64,000 nucleotides of DNA from Macrostomum lignano (Eukaryota), in contig NIVC01000201.1 of NCBI GenBank assembly GCA_002269645.1, forward strand, positions 248,001 to 312,000. The letters are read 5' to 3'. A program made the translations under genes and the position numbers. This document shows positions 24,446-34,744 of the stretch, one piece after another (the stretch's first letter is position 1; each line of letters opens with the position of its first letter). Under the pieces are notes generated by a model. It was not told the DNA's origin. It saw nothing but the letters and a program-made list of their open reading frames with translations, and did no database searches.

Positions 24446-27266
24446 ATGAAGTTTTTAGTGATCTTTAAAGACGACCGTCAAATTGTTGAGGTCTCGGAAA
24501 GCGAACTGAAGCTTCCTGAAGGCTTTCAAAACCTTAAGGAAGAGGAATGGTTAGAAAAGAGGGACTCCACTGAGAAGTGGAAGTGTGAAGCCTTGTATGA
24601 AGGCTGTTTTTACTCTGCTCTAATTATTCAGGTAAGCAACCGATCCCAACGATATTTGAAATGTTAAAATTCTTGAATCGATCTAATATTTGTACGCTCA
24701 TATTTTCTCATTAATTTAAAGGTAATACTAAGCAACAACCTAGAGCCTGGGAGCTTCCGCTTTGTGCGTGAATTGGTGGCCAAAAAGACCCGACTGAACC
24801 GAATTCTCGAGTTGGTTCAACCCAGAGTCTTTCAGGAGCGTGACATGAAGAAAGCACGAAGGCATTACCAGACTAAGGTAAAATTAAGCACAGCCGATAT
24901 AATTTTTATCGAGAACTTTGTTTTCTCCGTTTTACCTTTTAAACTAATTTTTAAGAAAAGGGAAGAAATTAAATGTGAGAATAATCTTTAAAACTGACAT
25001 TTACTTGATAATTTCTCATGCCGTAACCATCCCAAACAGAATCTGTCAGACGGCTCAGCCACCGATTCCGAGGCAATCTTCGAAGATAAGAGCAGCCGCT
25101 GTTTGCAACCTCCAGCTTTGCTACCTAAACAACATCCGCCTACGATTGCACAGTTAGCGCCAATGCCTCCTATTAGTGATGATGAAGCAGAAGCTGGCGT
25201 AGACGCCGATATGGAAGCTGAGGCGGAAGCTGAAGTGGAAGCTGAGGTGGAAGATGAGGCGGAAGCTGAAGTGGAAGCTGAGGCGGAAGCTGAAGTGGAA
25301 GCTGAGGTGGAAGCTGAGATCGGAGCTGAGGTGGAAGCTGAGATGGGAGCTGAGGCGGAAGCTGAGGCGGAAGCTGAGGTGGAAGCTGAGATGGGAGCTG
25401 AGGTGGAAGCTGAGATGGGAGCTGAGGCGGAAGCTGAGATGGGAGCTGAGGCGGAAGCTGAGATGGGAGCTGAGGTGGAAGCTGAGGCGGAAGCTGAAAT
25501 AGAAGCTGAGTTCGTAGCAGATGATCGATCGACGATTCCTAAGTCGCCTCCCACCATTTTATCTTTTAATTTTGGTTTTGGCTTTCTTAGAAAACTAGAA
25601 GAGCAGATCCAAGCCGGTGTTAGCTTTGAGATGGAAAGTCCAAGAGGCATCAAGTTTCTGTCCTTATATGCCCTACGCGAACTTACTATGCGCAAGAATG
25701 AATTGAAAGCATTAGAAAATGGTTTGACCAAACAAATCACCGCAATGCGCACTGAAGTGCAGAGCGTGCTACGCTTTTTGGAACCGGTTGGCGCTGACAT
25801 TCCAACTGATAATTCTGAGCCTTCATTCTGGCCGATCAACTCCTGGGAAAAATATGTGCAATTCGCTTCCAATCCAAATGAACATATTTCTACTTTGGTA
25901 AGTTCATGACTGAGTTTTTTATTTTCTTTTCATTAGAAGAAATGCTCTAACTACTACTCAAAGCCCACTAGTACTATCACTGTGAAATAACAATCTATAA
26001 GTATTCTCACCTGTAAAAATCTAAACAGAAGAGCCTGCTACGTTCATGCAAGCGAGACAAGTGGTCCGATGCTTTAATGGCAATGCTTAACGAGAGCTTG
26101 TCGAAAGAGATGCAGGCGGTTATTAATTTAATCGGGTCAGACATGCGAAGCCGAGCTGTTGCTGCTGGAGTTGCGACCAACCTTGCTGATGCGCAGCTTG
26201 GATTTCAGAGCACTCTGCTCAGCCATTTCCAAAGTAAGTCTACTTAATCAACGTTCAATGAGACTTTTAGAGCTAAATATCAAGAAATTAGTCGAGCACA
26301 GTGCATGCTATTCATAGTAACTTTCAACTTTTTTTCTAACAGAAGCAATCACATTCATCTATGGCGCGACCGCTGAAGCCGGCAGGCCCTCTGAACAATC
26401 TGTAAGAAATACTTGCAGACAGCAGCTAAAGCATGGCGGTGACCGATTAAAGGGGCGGTCGCATCGCACAGGAAGCCAGCTGCTTTCCGGAGTCCAGACT
26501 CAAAGCCCCGCTTCTGACAGCACCGTACAAAGACAGTCTCTGGTGGCAGCGACTCCAAGCCCCGCTTCTGGCAGCGCCGTGCAAAGACAGTCTCTGGTGG
26601 CAGCGACTCAAAGTCCCGCTTCTGGCAGCGCCATGCAGACAGTCTCTGGTGGCAGCGACTCAAAGTCCCGCTTCTGGCAGCGCCGTGCAAAGACAGTCTC
26701 TGGTGGCAGCGACTCAAAGTCCCGCTTCTGGCAGCGCCGTGCAAAGACAGTCTCTGGTGGCAGCGACTCAAAGTCCCGCTTCTGGCAGCGCCGTGCAAAG
26801 ACAGCCTCTGGTGGCAGCGACTCCAAGCCCCGCTTCTGGCAGCGCCGTGCAAAGACACAGCCATTCATCTTCTTTTTCCCTAGTGAGTAAAAACGTATCT
26901 AAACTGAATAATGAACGATGAATACGATGATTGATAAGCATTAAATACTACTGTCAGTAAGATAAAATGTGCATGCAGTAATTTTTTGTTTTCTTTCCAA
27001 TGTCACAGACACCATCGCGACTATCAGCGGGAGAAGTGCCGCCAGCGGCGACAGCAAAGCCGAGCTCCCAATCCAGAAAGCGAGCGAGTATTCAGTTGGA
27101 TTCTCAGCCTCGAAAGCGGAACAACCATCGCCCCCGTTCAGCAAAGTCAAAAACCAACTACCGCACTGACTGCTCTCTCGAATCTAATGACGAAACCGAA
27201 TCAAGTGGATCAAACTGGTCCGAAGATCAGCGAGAGCTGGATGATGGACAATTTAAAATCTTCTAA
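24446..27266 (+). CDS. DUF4806-like accessory gene A of the inner CACTA (6 exons; frameshift in a coding minisatellite)
   Basis: Exons 24446-24631, 24722-24877, 25040-25897, 26029-26233, 26343-26882 and 27009-27266 have GT/AG boundaries. It has a long E/A-rich tract, a C-terminal LKHGGDR motif and a 2-bp deletion at ~26635. Confidence 0.75.
26500..26860 (+). repeat. 54-bp tandem repeat within exon 5 of gene A (18-aa period [18 protein letters not shown])
   Basis: Unit GCGCCGTGCAAAGACAGTCTCTGGTGGCAGCGACTCAAAGTCCCGCTTCTGGCA read directly, ~6.5 copies. Confidence 0.9.
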
Positions 27267-30200
27267 TTATGAGAGCACGTATTTTACGAGTAAATGCTGT
27301 CACAAAATGATTCTAAAACTGACATTCTTTCAACACCTTTGTTGCCAACTATTTTTCGTTCTAATATTGTGTTTTAATATCAGTTCCATTTAACTTCGCT
27401 AAATAAATTCAAATTTCATTAGATTTAAGTTTCTTATTCGATTTCATTCATAGACTCAAACTAATTTTCTAAAAAACTGCAAAAAAATTCACAAAAGGCA
27501 AACTTCGTAAGCAAGTAGCAGCAAGGTTGTTTAAATTTATAATGGAAGAGACAATTGCTTAAAAAAATCAGATAGCTCTGAAAATTATTTGGAAATAAAT
27601 TCAATTTTGAAACAACCAGAAAGCTAGCCTGCTGCCAGAGCAAAATATATCAGTAAAAGCCATGCATACTACTGTTAGTAGAGTAAACCAATTCTTGCCT
27701 TAATTTATTGGGCAGTCCACCGGGCGCCGGGTATAAGGCCGGCGCCCCGACTGGACAAAGAGTGCGCCCCGCTACCGGCCACAGGCCACCGGGCGCCGCG
27801 GTCTGCGCACCCTTGGGCGTACCAGAATTTCCCACTGGGTTTCTGAGCAAAGGGACAGTGGAAACAAGCGACTCTGATGCTCCTCGTCTTCGAAAGACAG
27901 TCAGTCGCTTCATCAATGAAGCTGTGGAAGCTGGGAGCTCGCGTGTTGGCAGACAAAGTCGACGAGTGGCCCGACCTCTAGATTCACCCCCACCAACGCT
28001 TCATGCCCTTGCGTCTCCACCTCCGCCGCTCGAAACGTTTCGGCAAGCTGCACAGCAGGATAATTCTGCTGGGACAGCCCCGATGCTGAGCACCCCGACT
28101 ATTGCATCAACACCAGCTGGTCCAGTCCAAGTCTCAAGCTTGCCAAAGGAAGGGCTTGCAGGCATCAACCTAAGTATCACCAACTTGAGTTCACAAGTCG
28201 AGAAGCTCACTGCAGCCGTTGAGCGACTGGAGAGTGAGTCTGCATAATTTTCAAACTCGAAACGCTTAAATTTCTGAGGACAGTTGTGACAGACAATTGA
28301 ATGAGATAATCCATTGAGATAGAGTAGTCTAGCAGTGTAAATTTAAATTTAAATGTAGTATAAACGAACGTAATATTCATATATAGCTTTGAAAAACCCC
28401 AAATGGCAAAGGCTTAATTTTTAACAGAGAGATGTGACTAAAATACTTATTGACAGGTGTGATTCGCGCACAGCATACTTCAGTGAAAAGTTCTTTGGTT
28501 GACCTTCAGAACAAGTTGGTGGCTCGCACATCTGGTGGACCTTCAGAAGATGACGGTGACTTACACAGTCTGTTCGATGGACTGCCATATACAGAGTTCG
28601 TTGCCTTACAAAACTGGGTGGCGGCTCTTCAGTCTGATCGAAAGGCTGTCAAACACGCTGTAAGCTGCCAATGTTGCTATCATTTGAATGCATAGTATAT
28701 CAGGCGAAAAAATCACAGAGGTACGCTCGTAATTAATTTAACTACTTTATCTCGTCCATTCAAGGTGTCGCACTTTCGCTCACTTGGAGGGAGACGACTC
28801 AATCATCTAGTCTTTAATATACTGCGGCTTCTGATGACCGATGAACTGGCGGCTCAGATGAGCCTTCGTGGAGCAACCCGCCAAGGCAAATCAAAAAAGA
28901 GTTTTTCGAGTCTCGGACTGCTGCCGATCATTGCTAGTAAGTACATGAGTAGTGCATACAATATCTAAACCACTAAGTAGGCAGTAAAATCGAAGATTGC
29001 AACAGTTAATGAAACGGTTTTTAATAAGGTTATGGACATGGAAAAATACAAATTATCAATTTATACTTTTTTTGCTTCAGATGCAGCAGGAGGCATTTTC
29101 AAGGACGCAACTGCAGTTTCGGTGGGCCTAGCCGTGGCCGAACATTTGAGGCACGCCGGCACTCGAGTGAAGAAGCAGAGCCAGGCTTCACAGCAGCTCG
29201 AGATGGCAGCTGGAGCTGTCGCATCTTCTTCAGAAGAGTCGATGGAGGCTGATGATGAAGACGACTTTGACTTGTTGGATCAAATTTACTCAAACTAAAG
29301 CTGTGCACTATGTATGTTTCCTCTCCTCATATGTTAGCTATTCAATCTTGGTATTTAATCCAGGGTGATATAATTTTTAGGACCAGCACTAGTAAAATCG
29401 ATTGAATAAGAAAAGCAAAAATGAAAGTTTGCATATAGGGGCCATGAACTGTGTCGCTTTAATATTAAAGTCTAGATTTAAAAATCGTTGATATGAAAGT
29501 GTATACCAAACAGGTAAAAAGAAACCTTGGTTCAATTGTTATCACAAAGTGAAAAAAATAAGTAATTTTAACTATATGCTAAGGGTTTCTTAGAAATCGT
29601 AGAAAGCCGAAAGGGTAAACCTTCGGTGCAGGAGCTTGGGACTTTGTAGACAGGATTAATCTTATTTTTATAAAAGGGGGCCTGACTGATCTTAAAAACT
29701 CATTTTATGTTTAGTTTTAGTAAAATATTATCTTATTCTGTCCTTATATATCAGATTAAAAAACTTTTTATGTCTGGTTGTGCATAATATTTCATAATTT
29801 AACTGTTTCGGTCGCTTAAGGTTTACTGTTTGTGCAGTATTAGCTACTAACAGTAGTGAGCTAAATTTTCGAAAAGTGCGTTTGCCAAATTATATTAAAA
29901 GTGAATGTATTAATGTAATTAATGTATTTTTTAAGCTTAGTGAAGCAGATAAAACCTTTTGCTTTGTTTTTCGCGTCTGTTAGTCTGCTGCATCTTTTTT
30001 GTAGTTTAAACTTTTTGACAATTTTACTAAGTGTTTTACTTGAATGTGTAAAATGTATGTGTGGAATTAATCGGGTCGGATTACCACTGAAGACTAAAGG
30101 TTACATAAATGATAGCCCATGTATCCCAAGTATGTAACCCCAAGCTTAATGTTGTACTTACTCTTGTGTCTTCTTACATTGCAGTACTACATGTAAAAAT

Positions 30201-31649
30201 GTTTCTTTAACAGTACTACATTGCAATACTACAGTATTGCAGTACGCTCGTACTACATGTAAAACCTTCTTTACTTTCTTAACTCTATGCTAATATTTAT
30301 GAACATCGCCAATATATCGTAAAAAAGCTATATGTGAACTTTTTTGTTAATAAAAAATAAAATAAATATACTCGCTTTCATAAACTAGCTCTGATACCGA
30401 GTGAGTTTCTTTTGTTGATATTACAGAAAAATGAGGCAAATCCTGCGTTGCAAACTATAGGCTTCAATATATAAAAACAAGATGGAGTGCCTTTACTGTG
30501 CTCACTACTGCTAGTAGTATGTACGAGCTCTCACAGAAAGGTTGTTAGAAGGTTGTTTAATGGTGGGTTACCAACGTTGGCCTACAACGTTGAAAAAACC
30601 GTACAAAGCGGGTCAAAATTAATGTAATTTAAATGTTAAAGAAACACCTAATTTCAATGATTGGAAAAACGTTGCACCAACATAAGTGGCAGTCCGGGGT
30701 AGTCAGTGGTGGAGCATTCTCCAGCACCTGTAGGGAGTGATGGTCATTCTCCAGCATCCGTAGGCAGTGATGGTATTCTCCAGCATCCGTAGGCAGTGGT
30801 GGGGCATTCTCCATCATCCGTGAGCAGCGATGTGGCAATTATACAAATAAAGCCTTTGCAAAGATAGCAGGCTTTCCCCCTAAAAAAGCATCCCCAAGAT
30901 AGCAAGCAATCCCCCCAGATCGCAATCATCTATGAATTACAAAACTGTTTACTCCTCAGGGTCGCTGCTTGTCCGCCGCTGTTCACCAAGTTGGCAAGCG
31001 CATTGTCAGATGAAATCAACACTCGCACTGTCAATGCCATGCAGCGCCCCATTGTTCTCCACACCCTCTCTTCTCATTGTAAACTCCGTCTGGCCTTCAC
31101 GTTTTCAACTGCAAATGCGGCAATTGCAATTGCAGGGGCAAGGTTGACAATTTTTGGTTAACACCATATTTTAGAACTGAAAAATAAGTACTGAGAACCG
31201 TTTTTTTGCAACAATAGGGCAATGGGTCATAGGATGATCATTCGCTGTGTATCTGAGAGGAGCCTTCGGATTACTAAAAGTAGTGTTGTCTTTAAATGAG
31301 CATGTCTGGTTTACGGGATATAGCATATTCTTAGCATTACTATTCTTAGTATTTAGAAAATTTATACACATTGATATGTACTTTTCAGTAATAGTAACAG
31401 CTACTATATAAGCTAAATAGCTTTATATTTTTAGTATAGAGGATTTGGATTAGAGCTGCGTCTTCGTGTCGCGCTGTTTATGATTTTCTATCTTGATTTA
31501 CATTACAAATAGCTATGAAAGTCCTGTGCATTTTAAATGCATTTTAAAATCATTAAAATCATAAAAATTGTTTTAGTCGGTTGTGTCACTTAAGCGGTCT
31601 GTCTTGAACAACACATTCCATGAGATCTTGTATCTCGACATCAGTCAGA

Positions 31650-32049
31650 TTAGCCGGCATTGGTTCTGCATTCGTGTCCGAAAATAGACTTTGCGTGAGA
31701 GCTTCGAAGCATGGTAAAAAACTTTAGGAATTTGCCACTTGTATTACTTCTTACATTAGCTCCTTTGCGAACAAGCGGTTCGTTGTCCTTGTCCTCGTTG
31801 TTGCGCGATAGACTCTGCGCAATTTTAAAAGTTTGTCTTCCAATCCGCTCCTTTTCGATTTCCTTGTCCAAGTTATCCATTTGATCTCTCATTTCCATCA
31901 TATTTTTTGAAAGAGCATCTTAAGGCATGTCTCAGTTTTTCGAGGTACCTCAGCTGGTTGTCCTTGCTCTACACCCTGACATGTAGATTGATACAGATTC
32001 AGGTACTAGGTACATTCGTTGAAAACTACTATTCTCCTTAGCTCGCATT
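31650..32049 (-). pseudogene. Maverick uncharacterised gene remnant (MYLVP motif, coiled coil)
   Basis: MRAKENSSFQRMYLVPES starts right after the GGFLP gene and resembles the KKM(V/Y)LVP start I recall in that position in Mavericks; frameshifted. Confidence 0.4.
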
Positions 32050-32050
32050 C

Positions 32051-32430
32051 CTACTTTCGTTTAATTGATCGTATTACATTTGCTCCTCCCGCGGCGGTAC
32101 CAACTACTCCAGACGTTATCCTAAGCGCAGTGCTTATAACAGGTAGAGCAGCAATTATTGGAGCCAAAAAAGGTAAAAATCCTCCGTGTTGGACAAGTAT
32201 TTTCTTTTTTGCAGTAATTGGAGTCTTCTGTTCCAAAAGCTGACGTATATATCTGCGATGCTTCTCAAGTCGTCTTTTGTTACAGTTACTAATTTTAATA
32301 CGTCCACTAATAATATTAAACAGAAAGTCTACTAGACACCGTATCTCAGACTCTGAAAGTATTTAAAAAAACTTTTTCTCTGCTTTGGATGCTTTAGCCA
32401 ACACACAATTTGAAGTAAAAAAGCACATTG
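32051..32430 (-). pseudogene. Maverick GGFLP protein (adenovirus protein X-like core protein)
   Basis: Across frameshifts it reads CLVDFLFNIISGRIKI...RLEKHRRYIRQLLEQKTPITAKKKILVQHGGFLPFLAPIIAAL; the GGFLP plus hydrophobic helix recalls adenovirus pX. Confidence 0.75.
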
Positions 32431-32534
32431 ACACAACAAGCAAGCATTTCGTTTTCCTTTTTCTGTTAGTTTGCTTATTCTTACAAAAGAAATTCACTAA
32501 ATTTTCTTTAAAACAATTAATCTTTGCTTATAAG

Positions 32535-32850
32535 TTAGTCCGACCTACGTCTAAAATGCAGTACGAAAAAACGTGCTTTAGGACGAAAATTAAACGGCTT
32601 TCCGCGCTGGTCCGACAGTCGAATAGAAATCTCTTGAATTTGTTTTCGATTTGTTTTCAAGTAGCAGGGCGTTTGCAATGCACTTCTATTGCGTACAAGT
32701 TCTCCGTTTTTCTTTTGTCGGAGTTCCACAACTCGAAGCAACGGTACTGATGTACTTCCCACTGCTTAATACTCGATTACACATCATCCAAGTAAATTTT
32801 GTTATTGCGCCAAATACCATTTCTCAACTAATATTGGTGTAGTTTGATGT
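32535..32850 (-). pseudogene. Maverick minor capsid (penton) C-terminal remnant
   Basis: IYLDDV.EY*AVGSTSVPLLRVV...IQEISIRLSDQRGKPFNF...VLHFRR matches the recalled penton pattern IYxDIIExQIVGD..PLLRxV...LHFRR. Confidence 0.7.
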
Positions 32851-33009
32851 ATAATCTCTCCTTTCGTTTTTTGAAGATAGTCTCCAAAAATAGATAAATA
32901 GATAGATAGCGAAACAAGTCTTGTAGAATCACCAGGCGATAGAACACAATAGTACACTGCCAGCGGTAGGCTTTGATAATTTTTTTCCGAGACTAATCCA
33001 GAAATTTTC

Positions 33010-33700
33010 TTCTAAGAGTCAAATTTGAAAGCTTCCATAAATGTAACTGGTAGTTCTAACCCAATAGTTTTTCACCTGAATTTCGTAAAAGCCAGGCAAA
33101 TTTTTCATCTGTACCAGACGCGTACGGTTGCCAGGAAACGTAAGCATTCAAGTCTGCCTTTGCCCAAACACGCCCCCAATAGTTTTTCTTTGATCGTATT
33201 ATTGAGTATTATTTGTCGACCGAGATGTTTAACTGTGGTTCGATCGCGCACACTACAAGTTAGACAAATATAACTAGCTGATAAACTTCGCATGCGCGCT
33301 TCTGGATCAGATGGGTTAAAAAGACCTTGTCAAAGATACAGACCAGTCAAAGGGATATAATGCGCATGCTTTGTAAACATACTAGTACGCTCGTAAATTC
33401 TGGCAACTTAGCAATCTCACTTCGCAAGTCATCAACAACAAGCAAATCGTGTGGTAAAAAACAATTAATCATCTGCGGCGTAAATTCGGGCACAAAAACG
33501 ATAGGGCCAAGGCCAGTCTTTTCCCAGCATGTTCTAATTTGTTGTTGCTCGTCTGATTTCAAATTTAATCCATTGCACCAAACAAGGCGTGTTTTTATCA
33601 AATAATTCTTTTCGTTGAGTCAGCAAACGCAAAGTCCGTTCAGTTTTACCCGAGTAAATAATAGCTCGTAAATGTAGAATCATGAGCTAGCTGCATACTC
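33010..33700 (-). pseudogene. Maverick FtsK/A32-like packaging ATPase remnant
   Basis: Degenerate Walker A SGKT (33642-53) followed by LL....F; Walker B LLVVDDL; RIISL..SYICLTCSVRD...HLGRQI motif; frameshifted. Confidence 0.8.
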
Positions 33701-33724
33701 GTATTGTATGAGTGCATTTTCAAG

Positions 33725-34113
33725 CACCAAAGCGTTGCTTAACTTGCATGCATAACCTATAACTTCGCAGCAGCTTTTCTCTCCAACAAGTAGATGGATC
33801 GTGGGCAATCTCTCGTGCACCAGATACTAACAGCTTATCCGCTTTAAACCTCTCTTGCACGTCAGAATTTTTATCATAGGCCACGTCGTGAAGCATGCAA
33901 AAATGTCAAGCCGATTAATTCCTCGTTGTCCCTTTGCAAGCCTAGCTTGTAGTTGAGTACCTTGACCACAAAACTGATATCCGCCGGGCAAATGTGCTTC
34001 AAGTGGTAAATTGTTAATTGACTAATTTACGACACCAAAAGCTTGTTGCTTCTTAACCTTTCTAGTTTCAATTGTTGCAATCTTTAAAGCTATTTTTACG
34101 TATATTTAGGCAT
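33725..34113 (-). pseudogene. Parvovirus-VP1-type phospholipase A2 (PLA2X) remnant
   Basis: LPLEAHLPGGYQFCGQGT (Ca-binding loop), then RLAKGQRGINRLD, a frameshift, then CMLHDVAY (catalytic HD) ...ERFKAD. Confidence 0.85.
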
Positions 34114-34195
34114 AATTTTTTTAAATTGCTTAGTGTTACAAAGCACCCGCATAGTGCACCAATCACCAAAAATCAGTTTATTATATAGTTATTGA

Positions 34196-34620
34196 TCAGT
34201 GCTGCCAAAGCCGCCAAAGCCGCGTCTTTTGCTTGGTCGGCGGTTCAATCATTCCAATTAAATTGTCTGCCTCCGTCACATAGACTGAAGCAAGCACGGC
34301 TTGTTCCAGAATCAGCTGTGCGATGGTAAGGCCAGCATAATAGTTTAAATCTTCTGGGCTGCAGTTAAACAAAACAATAATGATTTCGCCCGTATAGTCA
34401 GGATCGTTGACGCCCCCGCCGACAAATATACTGCGTAGCGCCATGCTAGACCGTCCTGCTATTCTCCCATAGGTGCCTGGCGGTAGCCGAACTTTGATTC
34501 CTGTTCGGACACTTCAGGATTCGTAGGCCGGAATGAAGTCATCTACGCCTGCGTATAATCATATCCAAATGAACTGACAGTTTTTCGGGTTGGAATCGTG
34601 GTTGACTCATACAAACGTTC
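34196..34620 (-). pseudogene. dut: dUTPase remnant
   Basis: Motifs read across stops and frameshifts: PTRK..SFGYD, RTGIKVRLPPGTYGRIAGRSSMALRSIFVGGGVNDPDYTGEIIIVLFN, IAQLI, GFGST. Confidence 0.9.
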
Positions 34621-34744
34621 GACCAAAAGTTTTTCTTGGAATATAAACGCTAGAAACTACATTCACGTCGACAAACACAAGCTTAAACAAGTTGTTATGT
34701 AATGCGAATCTAACTATAAAAATATATTAAACTCTAAAAATTAA

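Larger units (their letters stand above)
18422..27839. mobile_element. Inner CACTA/EnSpm transposon, 9418 bp, near-autonomous
   Basis: TIRs are CCCAGTGG / CCACTGGG with a 2-bp TSD TT (18420-21, 27840-41). Subterminal GGGCGTACC and GGCGCC repeats occur at both ends. Excision restores the frame of gene B (RRRF-LSKGTVETSDSD). It encodes a transposase and a divergent accessory gene. Confidence 0.92.
18095..29298 (+). pseudogene. DUF4806-like accessory gene B of the outer CACTA, split by the inner element
   Basis: Exons 18095-18287 (in-frame TGA before the donor), 18385-18421 plus 27842-28233, 28457-28659, 28765-28936 and 29081-29298 have consistent splice phases. Motifs are N-terminal VLFEDDSVEIV..W....WPP and C-terminal LGG..VFNILRLLMTDELAAQMSLRG..KKSF and LRHAG.R. 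Confidence 0.8.
14845..30698. mobile_element. Outer CACTA/EnSpm (CMC) DNA transposon, 15.85 kb including the nested element, non-autonomous
   Basis: TIRs are CCCGGGCTGCCA (14845) and TGGCAGTCCGGG (ending 30698), with a 3-bp TSD GTA. AACGTT-core subterminal repeats occur at both ends. Removing the element restores the minisatellite unit CTCCAGCATCCGTAGTCAGTG. It carries a DUF4806-like gene and a transposase C-terminal remnant. Confidence 0.88.

Noticed and set aside
24988-25872. 294-aa Ser/Ala-rich minus-strand ORF
   Set aside because: Antisense shadow of the E/A repeat exon of accessory gene A.
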